Counted from the stretch's first letter, positions 1 through 10,012 are shown. The stretch is DNA of 60,977 bases from Ylistrum balloti (GCF_031769215.1 NW_026782835.1:1-60977); one strand, 5' to 3'. A program made the numbers and translations. The notes: generated by a model not told the origin, from the sequence alone.

Positions 1-19
1 GTCTGTGTGTATGTAGCAA

Positions 20-600
20 CTTGCTATAGTGCTGACATAGAAACCGTCAAACATAGTAGTACGTTTTCTTTCTTTCCCTACGTTCAGTCTTCAAGCTCCT
101 TATTACATTTGAGAGCTTCTTGAAATATGTACATTATGCTTGTCACATTGTCTGCTCTCCAAATACTTCTACTTGTATTACATTAAAAATGTAAACTCTA
201 AACATACTATTCTATATCCATTACCGTAAGCAATCTTATTTGCGTAAAGAATCCATTACATGATGCTTATTCTGAAATAACCCTCGATATCTATACATGC
301 TTGCTGGTATCTATATTGTTACGGTCTATCTCGTTACCATATGTTGTAATTTCTGTATCTCTTGCTTCTATAAACGCATCTTGTGTGCCAGAACACTCCT
401 TATGCGTTGCATGATGTATTTCTTCTTACTTATTGTGGTCTTTGTAGTATCTGTGTTATTCGTTACTGTAAGTATTATCTAGTAGTATGCAGTGTACATC
501 TAAGATAACTAATACATCAAAGGTAGAAGTGTTTCCTTTTGCTTCTTGTCTTAAATTGCTTTCGTTGTTGCATGCAATAAGTTGTAACTAATTTTTCTAT
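20..600 (-). pseudogene. Degraded BspA/DUF285-type repeat surface protein remnant
   Basis: Minus-strand frame fragments read ..ARDTEITTYGNEIDRNNIDTSK../..GLFQNK../..SMFR..FN../..SIWRADNVTSIMYIFQEALKCNKELED*../..TTMFDG. This resembles the DUF285 repeat pattern (W..SNVT.M..MF..A..FN..L..W) but is broken by stops and frameshifts. Boundaries approximate. Confidence 0.5.
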
Positions 601-788
601 AAAATACATGGGAATACAGGTATTGCGTATACTATCTCGCTACACATGTGCAAGTACTAGTGAGTGCTAGCGATCTTGTGTAGCGCTTACTGTAAGCTAC
701 GCTGTCATTATATGCTGCAGAATAAAAAGTGTACAACCTATACTATCAGTAAATATATGCTAGCACGTATCACTCTACACAGTAACAA

Positions 789-817
789 TTGAACAAAAAT
801 ATTCATTCTAGTATACT
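789..817 (+). promoter_or_regulatory. Putative sigma70 promoter for lysA-hisA operon
   Basis: TTGAAC (789-794), 17-nt spacer, TATACT (812-817); AGAAGG Shine-Dalgarno-like sequence just before ATG 832. Confidence 0.55.
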
Positions 818-831
818 GAATAAGAAGGCAG

Positions 832-2085
832 ATGGAAAATCCTAAGAAAGCAATCCCTTACTCAAGTGCGTTTATAAAAGAATTACTCAATACATATGGT
901 AGCCCATTGTATATATACGACAAAAAAAACATTACAGAAAATGCCCAGGAATTATACAATGCTTTTTCATGGCATACGAAATTTAAGAACTATTTTGCAG
1001 TAAAGGCAACGCCAACAGCAAAACTGCTTTCTCACCTACACAGCATTGGAATGAACATGGATTGCAGCTCCTATGCAGAACTTACCCTCGTCGAGAAATT
1101 GGGTTTCAAGGGCGACGCCCTCTTTTTTAGCTCTAATAATACCCCTCGCAAAGACATGAAAAAAGCTCTTGAGTTAGAAGCTATTATTAATTTAGATGAC
1201 ATAAGCCTGCTAGATTTTCTCATTGATACAGCAAAGGATAAAGAATTCCCCAAGACACTCAGCTTTCGTTTTAATCCTGGACCTCTTAAAGAAGGGAATG
1301 TATTTATAGGAAAACCCGAAGAAGCAAAATACGGGCTTACTTACGAACAGCTCTTCCCTGCATTTCAAAAAGCACAAACAATAGGCGTGCAGAAGTTTGG
1401 ACTACACACTATGGTAGCATCCAACGAACTAAACCCTTACTATTTTGTTGAAAATGCGAAACTACTTTTTAGTGTAGCCGTAGAAATACAAAAGAAACTC
1501 AATGTAAATATAGACATCATAAACTTGGGGGGCGGCATAGGTATACCTTATATGCCTGGACAAGAAAAAGTAGACTACAACATCATCTCTCAAGGCACAC
1601 AAAAAGCATACAAAGAACAACTAAGCCCAGCTGGGCTCAACCCAGCAATCTACATGGAAAACGGTAGGGTTATCACCGGCCCTTATGGATACCTGCTAAG
1701 TACTGTGCTGCACAAAAAAGCTATATATAAAGACTACGTGGGCTTAGATGCATGCATGTCTCAGCTTATGCGCCCAGGCATGTACGGAGCATATCACGAA
1801 ATAACTGTGCTAGAAAAAGAAGAGCTTCCTAAAGACAAAACCTATGATGTTGTGGGAGGCTTATGCGAAAACAATGATAAATTTGCCATAGATAGGGCGT
1901 TGCCAACTATTGAAGTAGGAGACATAGTAATAATACACGACGTAGGGGCACATGGTCATGCTATGGGGTTTAATTATAACGGAAAGCTTCGTTGCGCAGA
2001 GGTGCTTATACACGAAGATATGCAACATGAACTTATACGAAGAGCAGAAACAGTAGAAGACTATTTACGCACAAGTATATTCTAA
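832..2085 (+). CDS. lysA: Diaminopimelate decarboxylase
   Basis: YFAVKA PLP-lysine motif, NLGGGIG, ENGR, GMYGAYH, GGLCENND; 417 aa typical of group IV PLP decarboxylases. Confidence 0.92.
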   Translation: MENPKKAIPYSSAFIKELLNTYGSPLYIYDKKNITENAQELYNAFSWHTKFKNYFAVKATPTAKLLSHLHSIGMNMDCSSYAELTLVEKLGFKGDALFFSSNNTPRKDMKKALELEAIINLDDISLLDFLIDTAKDKEFPKTLSFRFNPGPLKEGNVFIGKPEEAKYGLTYEQLFPAFQKAQTIGVQKFGLHTMVASNELNPYYFVENAKLLFSVAVEIQKKLNVNIDIINLGGGIGIPYMPGQEKVDYNIISQGTQKAYKEQLSPAGLNPAIYMENGRVITGPYGYLLSTVLHKKAIYKDYVGLDACMSQLMRPGMYGAYHEITVLEKEELPKDKTYDVVGGLCENNDKFAIDRALPTIEVGDIVIIHDVGAHGHAMGFNYNGKLRCAEVLIHEDMQHELIRRAETVEDYLRTSIF

Positions 2086-2099
2086 GCAGGAGAACACAT

Positions 2100-2858
2100 A
2101 TGAACAATATACTAATTATTCCTGCCATTGACATTAGCAATGGACGCTGCGTTCGTTTAGTAAGAGGGCACTTCTCATCTAAGGTAGAATATGATGAAGA
2201 CCCTGTGGACATGGCGCAAAAATACTACGACTATGGAGCAAAGATGATACACGTAGTAGACCTAGACGCTAGTATAAACAACGGAAATAACAGAGATGTA
2301 ATAGAAAGAATATGCAATGCGGTACCTCATTGCATTGTCGAAGTTGGTGGGGGTATTAGACATAACACTGACGTGCAGCAACTAAGTAACATAGGTGTAC
2401 AGAGAATGGTACTGGGTACAATACTCATAAAAGACTATTTTGAAGCACTGTCTTGGATTCGTCACTTTGGCAACATATTCGTAGCCTCACTTGACCTACG
2501 AGATGAAAAACTACAGCTCGCTGGGTGGAAGGAAGAAAAAGACATAAACTACAAAGACTATCTACATATGATAAACAACAGTACATTTAAGACAGTAAAT
2601 TTTACAGACGTATCTAACGATGGCATGTTAACAGGCATAAACATACCGTTAGCAAACCATATAGCAACACAATCAAAGCACTCGCTGGTTATTGCGGGTG
2701 GCCTTGGAGAAGAATCACATATAGAAGAACTTGTGGAGCAAGGACACAGCAACATAGCAGGTATTATTATAGGAAAAGCAATTTACGAGGCAAAAATAGA
2801 TATACAAGCATTGCTGAAAAAATATTCCCGGGATATATCAACTTCCGTATTGCTATGA
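2100..2858 (+). CDS. hisA: ProFAR isomerase HisA
   Basis: IIPAIDISNGRCVRL, HVVDLD, EVGGGIR, DGMLTG, IAGG, IIGKAIY motifs of the HisA (beta/alpha)8 barrel. Confidence 0.9.
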   Translation: MNNILIIPAIDISNGRCVRLVRGHFSSKVEYDEDPVDMAQKYYDYGAKMIHVVDLDASINNGNNRDVIERICNAVPHCIVEVGGGIRHNTDVQQLSNIGVQRMVLGTILIKDYFEALSWIRHFGNIFVASLDLRDEKLQLAGWKEEKDINYKDYLHMINNSTFKTVNFTDVSNDGMLTGINIPLANHIATQSKHSLVIAGGLGEESHIEELVEQGHSNIAGIIIGKAIYEAKIDIQALLKKYSRDISTSVLL

Positions 2859-3455
2859 TAGAAACTACTATGATAGAAAAAAACAGCGACAACTTTCCTC
2901 TTATCATCAAACATGAACACACAATACTTATGGTTCTTACTGTAAACAAAAAAGCAGTAGATAAATCTATTGAAACCGGCATATGCTGGATTGTGCACCC
3001 AAGCACAAAAAAGGTTATCCCACATCATCCAGAAACACAACTACATACCATATACAAAAAAGACACATGGTACGAAGCTCAAGCAAGGATACACGCAAGC
3101 ACAGCGCAGACTCCCATAATACCCACAACACACAAAGACCAGCAAGACGTTGCTTCTTGTAGGGCATCCTACGATGTATTGAATACACTACACACCCTTA
3201 TACAAGAACGGAAAAAAAAACATGCCTGATGGCTCTTATACCACGTATCTTTACTCTAAAGGAATGGGGAAAATAAAGAAAAAATTAGGAGAGGAGCTTA
3301 TTGAGCTCTTGCTTGCCGAGAACGAAGAAGAAATCTGCAATGAGGCAGCGGATCTCTTCTATCATATGTGGGTCTACTTTGCTGGGAACAATATAGATCC
3401 TAAGCAAGTACTTGCTGTGCTATCAGAACGTCTTAACGGAGAGAAAGAACAATGA
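2855..3455 (+). CDS. hisE: HisI-like/HisE bifunctional gene split by a frameshift at an A9 tract; the HisE (PRA-PH) domain is 3222-3455
   Basis: The downstream ORF has SYTTYLY..G..KI.KKLGEE..E....NEAADLFYH (HisE). The upstream ORF ends L..L...IQERKK, the usual lead-in to HisE. Removing one A from 3212-3220 fuses them (ERKKNMPDGSYT). Confidence 0.8.
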
Positions 3456-4093
3456 ATTATTTCTTAAAGTACATACTAACCCCTCTTCCATACAAACTCT
3501 ACAGAAGGAGTGCAGTCATTGTGCTTATTATTATAAACATAGTACTATTTATTCTGTTGCAGCTCTTCCCACATATTATTGGCTTTTTAGCCATAAACCC
3601 AAGGTTGTTTATAAGTTATTTCTTTCTCTGGACTCCACTAAGCTATATGTTTACACATACCGGGTTTTCTCATATACTTTTTAATATGTTAGGCCTTTAT
3701 TTCTTTGGTACAATTATAGAACGACAGTGGGGAAGTGATGAATTTCTTGTGCTTTACCTTGGTTCTGGCATACTCTCAGGGTTACTCTCACTTATTGCTT
3801 TTTTTATAACAGGTTCGGTGAACGTTATGCTTATTGGGGCATCGGGGGCTATATATGCTGTACTGCTTGTATTCTCTGTGCTTTACCCCAACGCTCGCAT
3901 GTACATCTTTGGTATCTTCCCTATTACAGCAAAAGTTCTTATACTTATCTACATTGGAATACAAATTCTTTCCTTGCGTGGTGGTCTTTATTCAAATGTA
4001 GCATATCTCACTCATCTTTTTGGGCTCGCTATTGCATGGGTATATATGCTTGTAAGGCATAAAAAAAACCCCTTCAAACGACTCTTTCAATGA
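3452..4093 (+). CDS. Rhomboid family intramembrane serine protease
   Basis: HILFNML..YFFG..IE, GASGA catalytic Ser motif, THLFG catalytic His; multiple TM helices. Confidence 0.9.
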   Translation: MNYFLKYILTPLPYKLYRRSAVIVLIIINIVLFILLQLFPHIIGFLAINPRLFISYFFLWTPLSYMFTHTGFSHILFNMLGLYFFGTIIERQWGSDEFLVLYLGSGILSGLLSLIAFFITGSVNVMLIGASGAIYAVLLVFSVLYPNARMYIFGIFPITAKVLILIYIGIQILSLRGGLYSNVAYLTHLFGLAIAWVYMLVRHKKNPFKRLFQ

Positions 4094-4797
4094 AGCAACA
4101 GTCGCTAGTAAACACATTATACTATAGTATTAGTATTTGCCTTCTTTTGCTCGGCACTAACTGGTTTGCATCAAAAATACTAGTTGTAGAAAGTTGGGCA
4201 TATCCTGAATTGAATTTTGACTCTAGCAACACTATAGAAAGCATAGCGAATATAAGAAAGGAAAACATATTTGCTTCACTAGAACCAGAAATACGCAAAA
4301 CTGCATTGGAAATTATAAATGCATCGATTTATGGATACCGCTTTAGCTATACACCAGAAAAGCAAAGCAGGGGGGTAGAGGAAGAGTGGGGGCTCGAGGC
4401 TGTCGCTCGCATAAGCGATAACGATAGTAGCATTATCGAGCTAGAACGTAGTAATTATGCAGGTGCTTTTTACATTTTCTACCGCTACAACCTTCGTCCC
4501 GACCAAGTACAAAGACTTCGGGCATGGGAAGAGGACAGTACCATCGTACACAGCATGGGAGATGGATTTTCTCTCAAGAGGGATCAGGAGAATAGCAAAA
4601 CGCTGGCTTTATACGACGCCATACAAAGCGCGATACGTAATAGGCTAAAAAACAGTATTACAGAAGCAACAGATAAAATTACAGGAAATGTACTGCTTGA
4701 AAGTCAACCGTTTTTTGCAGATAATGGAGATCACTTTACTTCAAAGGTAAGTATAATGATACAAGTCGCTTCTATCAGTAATCTCAAAGTATACTGA
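4090..4797 (+). CDS. Hypothetical exported/membrane-anchored protein
   Basis: 235-aa ORF translationally coupled on both sides, with an N-terminal hydrophobic segment and no recognised motif. Confidence 0.7.
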   Translation: MKQQSLVNTLYYSISICLLLLGTNWFASKILVVESWAYPELNFDSSNTIESIANIRKENIFASLEPEIRKTALEIINASIYGYRFSYTPEKQSRGVEEEWGLEAVARISDNDSSIIELERSNYAGAFYIFYRYNLRPDQVQRLRAWEEDSTIVHSMGDGFSLKRDQENSKTLALYDAIQSAIRNRLKNSITEATDKITGNVLLESQPFFADNGDHFTSKVSIMIQVASISNLKVY

Positions 4798-5606
4798 TGC
4801 AAGGTTTAGTACTCGGTCGTTTTCTTCCTCCACATAGAGGGCATAGCTATCTTATAGATTTCGCTCGTTCTATGTGCTACGAAATACATATCTGCCTCTG
4901 CTCTAAACAAGAGGAGCCCATTAGCGGGATGTTGCGATATCAATGGCTACAAGAACAATACCCTACAGAGCAAATATATCACATTACAAAAGAAATACCC
5001 CACGCCCACAAAGACAACCCAAAGGCACCCCAGATATGGGCAAAGGAAATACAAACAATAATACAGAAGGACATAGACTACTTCTTTGCATCAGAGGAGT
5101 ATGGGTGGCACTTTGCAGAGTGCTTGGGAGCAAAGTTTATTCCTTTGGATTTTGAAAGAAATAATATACGTATTTCAGCGTCAGAAATACGTAAGGCGCC
5201 TCTTACGCACTGGCAGTACCTTATCCCCCCAGTGCAAGAATACGCACGTATTCTTATTGGAGTATATGGAAACACAGACTACGCCATAACACTAGCCCGC
5301 GAATTGAATACAAAACTAGTGTACCCATACCCTCAGAAAAATCTTAGTATATTAGCAAATACTGTTTCTGACACTGAAATACAGCAAATACTACAAGCAG
5401 AGGTCTCTGCCATACACGCGTTTCCCTACCCCATCGTCATTGTGGCGCTGGGACCCACACAAGAGCACGCAAGTAAAGAAGCAGAAGTGTGCAAAACCAT
5501 CTTTACTATACACAATACAGAAACATATTCACTCGCATTAAAATATTGCAAGACACTTTTTACTCAAACATGGAGCGAATTATATGCAGAAAAATATAGA
5601 ACATAA
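4797..5606 (+). CDS. NadR-like nucleotidyltransferase (NMN adenylyltransferase family) with degenerate C-terminal kinase region
   Basis: N-terminal GRFLPPHRGH (HxGH) and ISASEIR motifs; the NadR C-terminal Walker A is not recognisable. Confidence 0.7.
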   Translation: MQGLVLGRFLPPHRGHSYLIDFARSMCYEIHICLCSKQEEPISGMLRYQWLQEQYPTEQIYHITKEIPHAHKDNPKAPQIWAKEIQTIIQKDIDYFFASEEYGWHFAECLGAKFIPLDFERNNIRISASEIRKAPLTHWQYLIPPVQEYARILIGVYGNTDYAITLARELNTKLVYPYPQKNLSILANTVSDTEIQQILQAEVSAIHAFPYPIVIVALGPTQEHASKEAEVCKTIFTIHNTETYSLALKYCKTLFTQTWSELYAEKYRT

Positions 5607-6456
5607 CACAACAAAGCAAGTACTTAACTGTGGTTTTGTGCGCCTTATTAACTCTATGGGCAACGATACCAGCATTGTAAACGCCGCACGGGTTTCATAC
5701 GGCGATGGAACAAAGAAAAACAGGAAGGATGAAGCGCTCATTCGCTATCTACTTCAAAACGCACACACCTCGCCCTTCGAGCATGTAGTATTTACCTTTC
5801 ACCTAAAAATGCCACTGTTTATAGCACGCCAGGTACTAAGACATAGAACAGCACGATTAAATGAAATATCTGCAAGATACAGTATCATGAAAGACGAGTT
5901 CTACATCCCCGAACAGAAAGTTATTGCCGGTCAAGGCACAAACACAAAGCAAGGACGCTCTAGCACACCATTAGAAGCTACTCAACAAGAACAAGCGTGT
6001 GCAATACTTACACAGCAGTATCAAAACGCCTATGCAAACTACCAAGCCTTATTAGCCATGGGGGTCGCAAGAGAATTGGCACGTATAGTGCTTCCACTCG
6101 CTATGTACACAGAGTGCCACTGGCAAATAGACCTACACAATCTCTTTCACTTTCTTCAACTACGCCTTCACCCCCATGCCCAATACGAAATACAAGAATA
6201 CGCGCGCTGTATGTTTGAAATCGTAGAGAAGATATGCCCTATAGCCTCTCAGGCATTTAAGGATTTTGTACTAAGTACGCTACACCTACATTCTCATGAA
6301 ACAAAAATTATACAGGAGCTCATCGAAGCTAATGCAGTAAGCCTACCCTCTGCCATACAAAACATACAAGAAAACAAGACATTGCGCAAAAGTGAAAAAA
6401 AAATACTTATTGAAAAACTAGAAAAAATACTTGATACAAGTGATACAGAAAAATGA
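5584..6456 (+). CDS. thyX: FAD-dependent thymidylate synthase
   Basis: HTSPFEH, RHRTARLNEISARY (RHRx7SxR ThyX signature), DLHNLFHFLQLR, AQYEIQEYA. Confidence 0.95.
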   Translation: MQKNIEHNTTKQVLNCGFVRLINSMGNDTSIVNAARVSYGDGTKKNRKDEALIRYLLQNAHTSPFEHVVFTFHLKMPLFIARQVLRHRTARLNEISARYSIMKDEFYIPEQKVIAGQGTNTKQGRSSTPLEATQQEQACAILTQQYQNAYANYQALLAMGVARELARIVLPLAMYTECHWQIDLHNLFHFLQLRLHPHAQYEIQEYARCMFEIVEKICPIASQAFKDFVLSTLHLHSHETKIIQELIEANAVSLPSAIQNIQENKTLRKSEKKILIEKLEKILDTSDTEK

Positions 6457-6887
6457 ATAAAAATCTACAAAAACTATGGAAGCTTCTCTCCTTTATCCCC
6501 ACGCCAAAGACAGTGTTACGTTATTCCAAGATGTTAGATTATGTAGCATGTGCTGTGTACGTCATTATTATAGTAATCGCACTTATCCTTGTCTTACACA
6601 GAGGGTCGGGTGCTGCATATGTAGAAATAACTACATCGCAAGATGTATATATCTACCAACTGGAAGCTGTACACGAGCTACACTTAGACGGCCCCATAGG
6701 CACAACCCATGTAAGCATTAAAGATGCAATGGTAGCGGTAAAAGATTCGCCAGGACCATTAAAAATATGCGTGCATTCTAGCCCCATATCACAGGCGGGG
6801 CAGTGGTTAGCCTGTCTTCCAAATAAAATATTTATTCGCATAGCCCAAGATAGCAATGAAGTCTCTGTGGACGCTATAGTATACTAG
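6453..6887 (+). CDS. NusG domain II-containing (DUF1312-like) membrane-anchored protein
   Basis: One TM helix followed by V.V.DSPGP.KICVH..PIS..GQWLACLPNKIFI, the characteristic NusG-II pattern. Confidence 0.7.
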   Translation: MNKNLQKLWKLLSFIPTPKTVLRYSKMLDYVACAVYVIIIVIALILVLHRGSGAAYVEITTSQDVYIYQLEAVHELHLDGPIGTTHVSIKDAMVAVKDSPGPLKICVHSSPISQAGQWLACLPNKIFIRIAQDSNEVSVDAIVY

Positions 6888-6964
6888 TAAAATACTCATA
6901 GAAACTACTCTATGCAGATATCATACATATATACTATAATAAAAATACGTAGATAGAACTTAGT

Positions 6965-7954
6965 ATGAGTACTGTTTTTCTTTTTCCAGGACAAGGTGCA
7001 CAGAAACAGGGTATAGGATTATCGTTATATGAGCATTCCACCACAGTGCAACATTTCTTCTCTCGTTGCTCTGACATCATACAGCAAGACATTACAAAGC
7101 TCCTGTTTGAATCCTCTGAAGAAGAGCTACAAAAAACAGAAAACACACAGATAGCCATTACCGCTGTAAACATAGCCACAGCATTAGTTATAAAAGACAT
7201 GGGCATTGAGGCAACCTCACTCGCTGGTTTTAGCTTAGGAGAATACTCGGCCTTAGCTCTTGCAGGTGTAACAGGAGAAGAAGAGTTGTTTTCTATGGTG
7301 CTGCAGAGAAGTAAGATTATGGAAAGTTGTAGCAGGGAAGCAGAGAGAAAATTAGCAAAAGAAGAAGGTGGAGAACCACGCTTAGGCATGACTGCTATTG
7401 TGGGCATGCATCCGCACACAATAGAAACACTACTACATGAATGGGGTGACACTCATGTATATCTTTCCATGTATAATAGTCCCACGCAGGGTGTGTTAAG
7501 TGGTACACAAAAAGCACGAGAGGATGCTTCACAATTTCTACTACAGAAGGGGGCAAGAAAAGCCATTCCTCTTAAAGTAGGTGGTGCGTTCCACAGCTCC
7601 TTCATGCAAGAAGCACGCACTATCTTTGAAGCAAGCATAAAAAACATTGAGTTTAGAGACCCAAGCATCCCCATATATTCAAATGTAACAGCCGATAAGG
7701 TAGTGTCTGGGAGGACATTAAAATCTCTCTTCCTCGATCAAATAGTACAACCAGTACAATGGATACAAGAAGAAAATGCAGTGTGGGAACAAGAACATCC
7801 AACGCAGGTATTCGAAGTAGGTCCTGGCGGGGTACTAAGTGGTTTATGGAAGCAGTGGAAGCGTGATAAAACAGACCTACATATCCCAGACAGCATCTCG
7901 CTAGATTCATACGAAAAAATTCATGAGTGGATACAAAACAATAACAGTAATTGA
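6965..7954 (+). CDS. fabD: Malonyl-CoA:ACP transacylase
   Basis: FPGQGAQ, TQIAI, GFSLGEYSAL (GxSxG), GAFHS, EVGPG.VLSGL. Confidence 0.92.
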   Translation: MSTVFLFPGQGAQKQGIGLSLYEHSTTVQHFFSRCSDIIQQDITKLLFESSEEELQKTENTQIAITAVNIATALVIKDMGIEATSLAGFSLGEYSALALAGVTGEEELFSMVLQRSKIMESCSREAERKLAKEEGGEPRLGMTAIVGMHPHTIETLLHEWGDTHVYLSMYNSPTQGVLSGTQKAREDASQFLLQKGARKAIPLKVGGAFHSSFMQEARTIFEASIKNIEFRDPSIPIYSNVTADKVVSGRTLKSLFLDQIVQPVQWIQEENAVWEQEHPTQVFEVGPGGVLSGLWKQWKRDKTDLHIPDSISLDSYEKIHEWIQNNNSN

Positions 7955-7962
7955 TTATTTTT

Positions 7963-7971
7963 TGATATAAT
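7963..7971 (+). promoter_or_regulatory. Possible extended -10 promoter upstream of fabG
   Basis: TGATATAAT (TGn-TATAAT) about 30 nt upstream of the fabG ATG; AAAGGA SD-like sequence follows. Confidence 0.35.
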
Positions 7972-7999
7972 TATATATAGCTGTATAAAAGGAAGAACA

Positions 8000-8740
8000 A
8001 TGTTGCTAAAAGACAAACATGCATTTATTACTGGAGGTTCGAAGGGCATAGGTTTAGGAATATGCAAACGCTTTCTCGAACATGGACTGCGTTCTCTTGC
8101 TTATTTTTCAAGGACAGAAAGCCCAGAACACGCTGTGCTTTTAGAAACAGCAGAGCAATATCAATCCTCTGTCTACCACTATCAAGGAAGCGTCGATGAT
8201 GAGAAGGCCTTACAAAATTCCATTGCAGACTTTAGTACTAAATCAGGATCGTTAGACATACTTGTAAACAACGCAGGAATAACAAAAGATAAGCTTATTA
8301 TTGGTCTTAGCCTCGAAGACTGGGACTCAGTAATAAATACAAACCTAAAAAGTGTTTTTATCGCAAGTAAGTCTGCAACACAGATTATGCTAAAGCAACG
8401 GAGGGGAGTAATAGTAAATATAAGCTCAGTAGTAGCAATACACGGCAATGCGGGGCAATCAAACTACTGTGCCTCTAAGGCTGGTGTTATTGGTTTTACA
8501 AAGAGTCTAGCCCGCGAAACAGCTAAGCGCGGAGTACGCGTAAATGCAATAGCACCTGGATATATTAAAACTGAAATGACAGATAAAATACATGACACAT
8601 ATAAGGAAAAACTACAGGAGCTCATCCCTCTTGTAAGAATTGGGGAAGCAGAAGATATTGCAGATCCTTGCGTGTTTCTTTGCTCGGATATGTCGCGTTA
8701 TATTACAGGTGAAGTACTTGTAGTGTCGGGTGGTATGTAG
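8000..8740 (+). CDS. fabG: 3-oxoacyl-ACP reductase
   Basis: TGGSKGIG, LVNNAGITKD, GQSNYCASKAG (YxxxK), NAIAPGYI.TEMT. Confidence 0.93.
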   Translation: MLLKDKHAFITGGSKGIGLGICKRFLEHGLRSLAYFSRTESPEHAVLLETAEQYQSSVYHYQGSVDDEKALQNSIADFSTKSGSLDILVNNAGITKDKLIIGLSLEDWDSVINTNLKSVFIASKSATQIMLKQRRGVIVNISSVVAIHGNAGQSNYCASKAGVIGFTKSLARETAKRGVRVNAIAPGYIKTEMTDKIHDTYKEKLQELIPLVRIGEAEDIADPCVFLCSDMSRYITGEVLVVSGGM

Positions 8741-8752
8741 GGGGAATTAACC

Positions 8753-10012
8753 ATGAAAAGAAAACGGCTTGTAATCACGGGGCTTGGTGCAGTGTGTCCC
8801 TCTGGAAACTCTGTGCCAGAACTATGGAACTCTCTTAGCAATGGAAGAAGTGGTATAGATACATTACCTGAACCCCTGCTTTCAGAACTAAGCGACAACC
8901 CTACCAAATATGGGGGGGTAGTGAAAAACCTTCAACCTGAAACATTCCTAGAAAAAAAACTCTTGCGAAAAATGGACAAGCTATCTATCTATACCACAAA
9001 GGCAGCTATTGAATGCGTGGAATCCAGCTGTATGAAACTCAATCAATCTAAAAGATACAGATGCGGTTGCGTTATGGGTGTTGGTATTGGTGGGATGGAA
9101 AGCTACAACAACGGAGTAATTGCGTACAAAGACAGGGGGTGGAAAAGCATCCCTGTTATGACCATATCGAAAATTATACCAAATTCCACGAATTCTAATA
9201 TCGCATTACATTTTCCTTACTTAAATGGCATTAACTACTCTGTAAACACAGCTTGTTCCTCTAGCTCAGATGCAATAGCAGCAGCTGCACGGCATATATT
9301 ACTAGATGAGGCAGATTTTATGTTAGCAGGAGGTGCAGAAACATCGCTTACTGGCTTTGGTGTCTCTAGTTTTAATGTACTCCATGCCTTAAGCACAAAA
9401 TGGAGCCACGATCCCACGAAGGCTTCACGTCCCTTTGACAAAGATAGAGACGGCTTTGTCATGTCGGAAGGAGCTGCGGTTATAGCATTGGAATCACTAG
9501 AACATGCAGAACAAAGAAACGCCCCCATACTTGCTGAGCTCGTTGGTTTTGCAAACACAAACGACGGATACCACTACACAGCCCCCGATCCTGATGCACA
9601 TGGAATAGTACGTGCTATGCATTGCGCGCTCGAGCAAGCTGCAATAGACCCGTCTGCCATCGATTACATAAACGCACACGGCACTTCAACACCCACAAAC
9701 GACCCCCTTGAAACACAGGCAATCAAAAAAGTATTTAAGGAATATGCTTATACAGTAAAGATAAGCTCTACTAAATCTATGACAGGGCACTGTGTAGGTG
9801 CAACAGGGGCTATTGAAGCAATAGCGTGCATTAAAGCAATAGAAAAGCAATTCCTCCCCCCTACTATCAATTTAGATACTCCAGATACAGACTGCGACTT
9901 GGACTACATTCCACATAAAGGTATAGCACACAAGGTGGAATACGCCATGTCTAATACTTTAGGGTTTGGAGGACATAATAGTGTGCTTATCTTTAAGAGC
10001 TACCAGCAGTAG
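8753..10012 (+). CDS. fabF: 3-oxoacyl-ACP synthase II
   Basis: TACSSS (Cys), NAHGTST (His), KSMTGH (His), SNTLGFGGHN; SRPFDKDRDGFVMSEGA. Confidence 0.94.
   Translation: MKRKRLVITGLGAVCPSGNSVPELWNSLSNGRSGIDTLPEPLLSELSDNPTKYGGVVKNLQPETFLEKKLLRKMDKLSIYTTKAAIECVESSCMKLNQSKRYRCGCVMGVGIGGMESYNNGVIAYKDRGWKSIPVMTISKIIPNSTNSNIALHFPYLNGINYSVNTACSSSSDAIAAAARHILLDEADFMLAGGAETSLTGFGVSSFNVLHALSTKWSHDPTKASRPFDKDRDGFVMSEGAAVIALESLEHAEQRNAPILAELVGFANTNDGYHYTAPDPDAHGIVRAMHCALEQAAIDPSAIDYINAHGTSTPTNDPLETQAIKKVFKEYAYTVKISSTKSMTGHCVGATGAIEAIACIKAIEKQFLPPTINLDTPDTDCDLDYIPHKGIAHKVEYAMSNTLGFGGHNSVLIFKSYQQ

Noticed and set aside
80-100. TGA at an expected Trp position in the DUF285 relic as evidence for genetic code 4
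   Set aside because: Many intact genes here end in TGA (e.g. ATGA overlaps) and use TGG for Trp; this is a mutation in a pseudogene.
297-482. 61-aa plus-strand ORF
   Set aside because: Hydrophobic antisense shadow of the decayed minus-strand DUF285-like sequence; no SD or motif.
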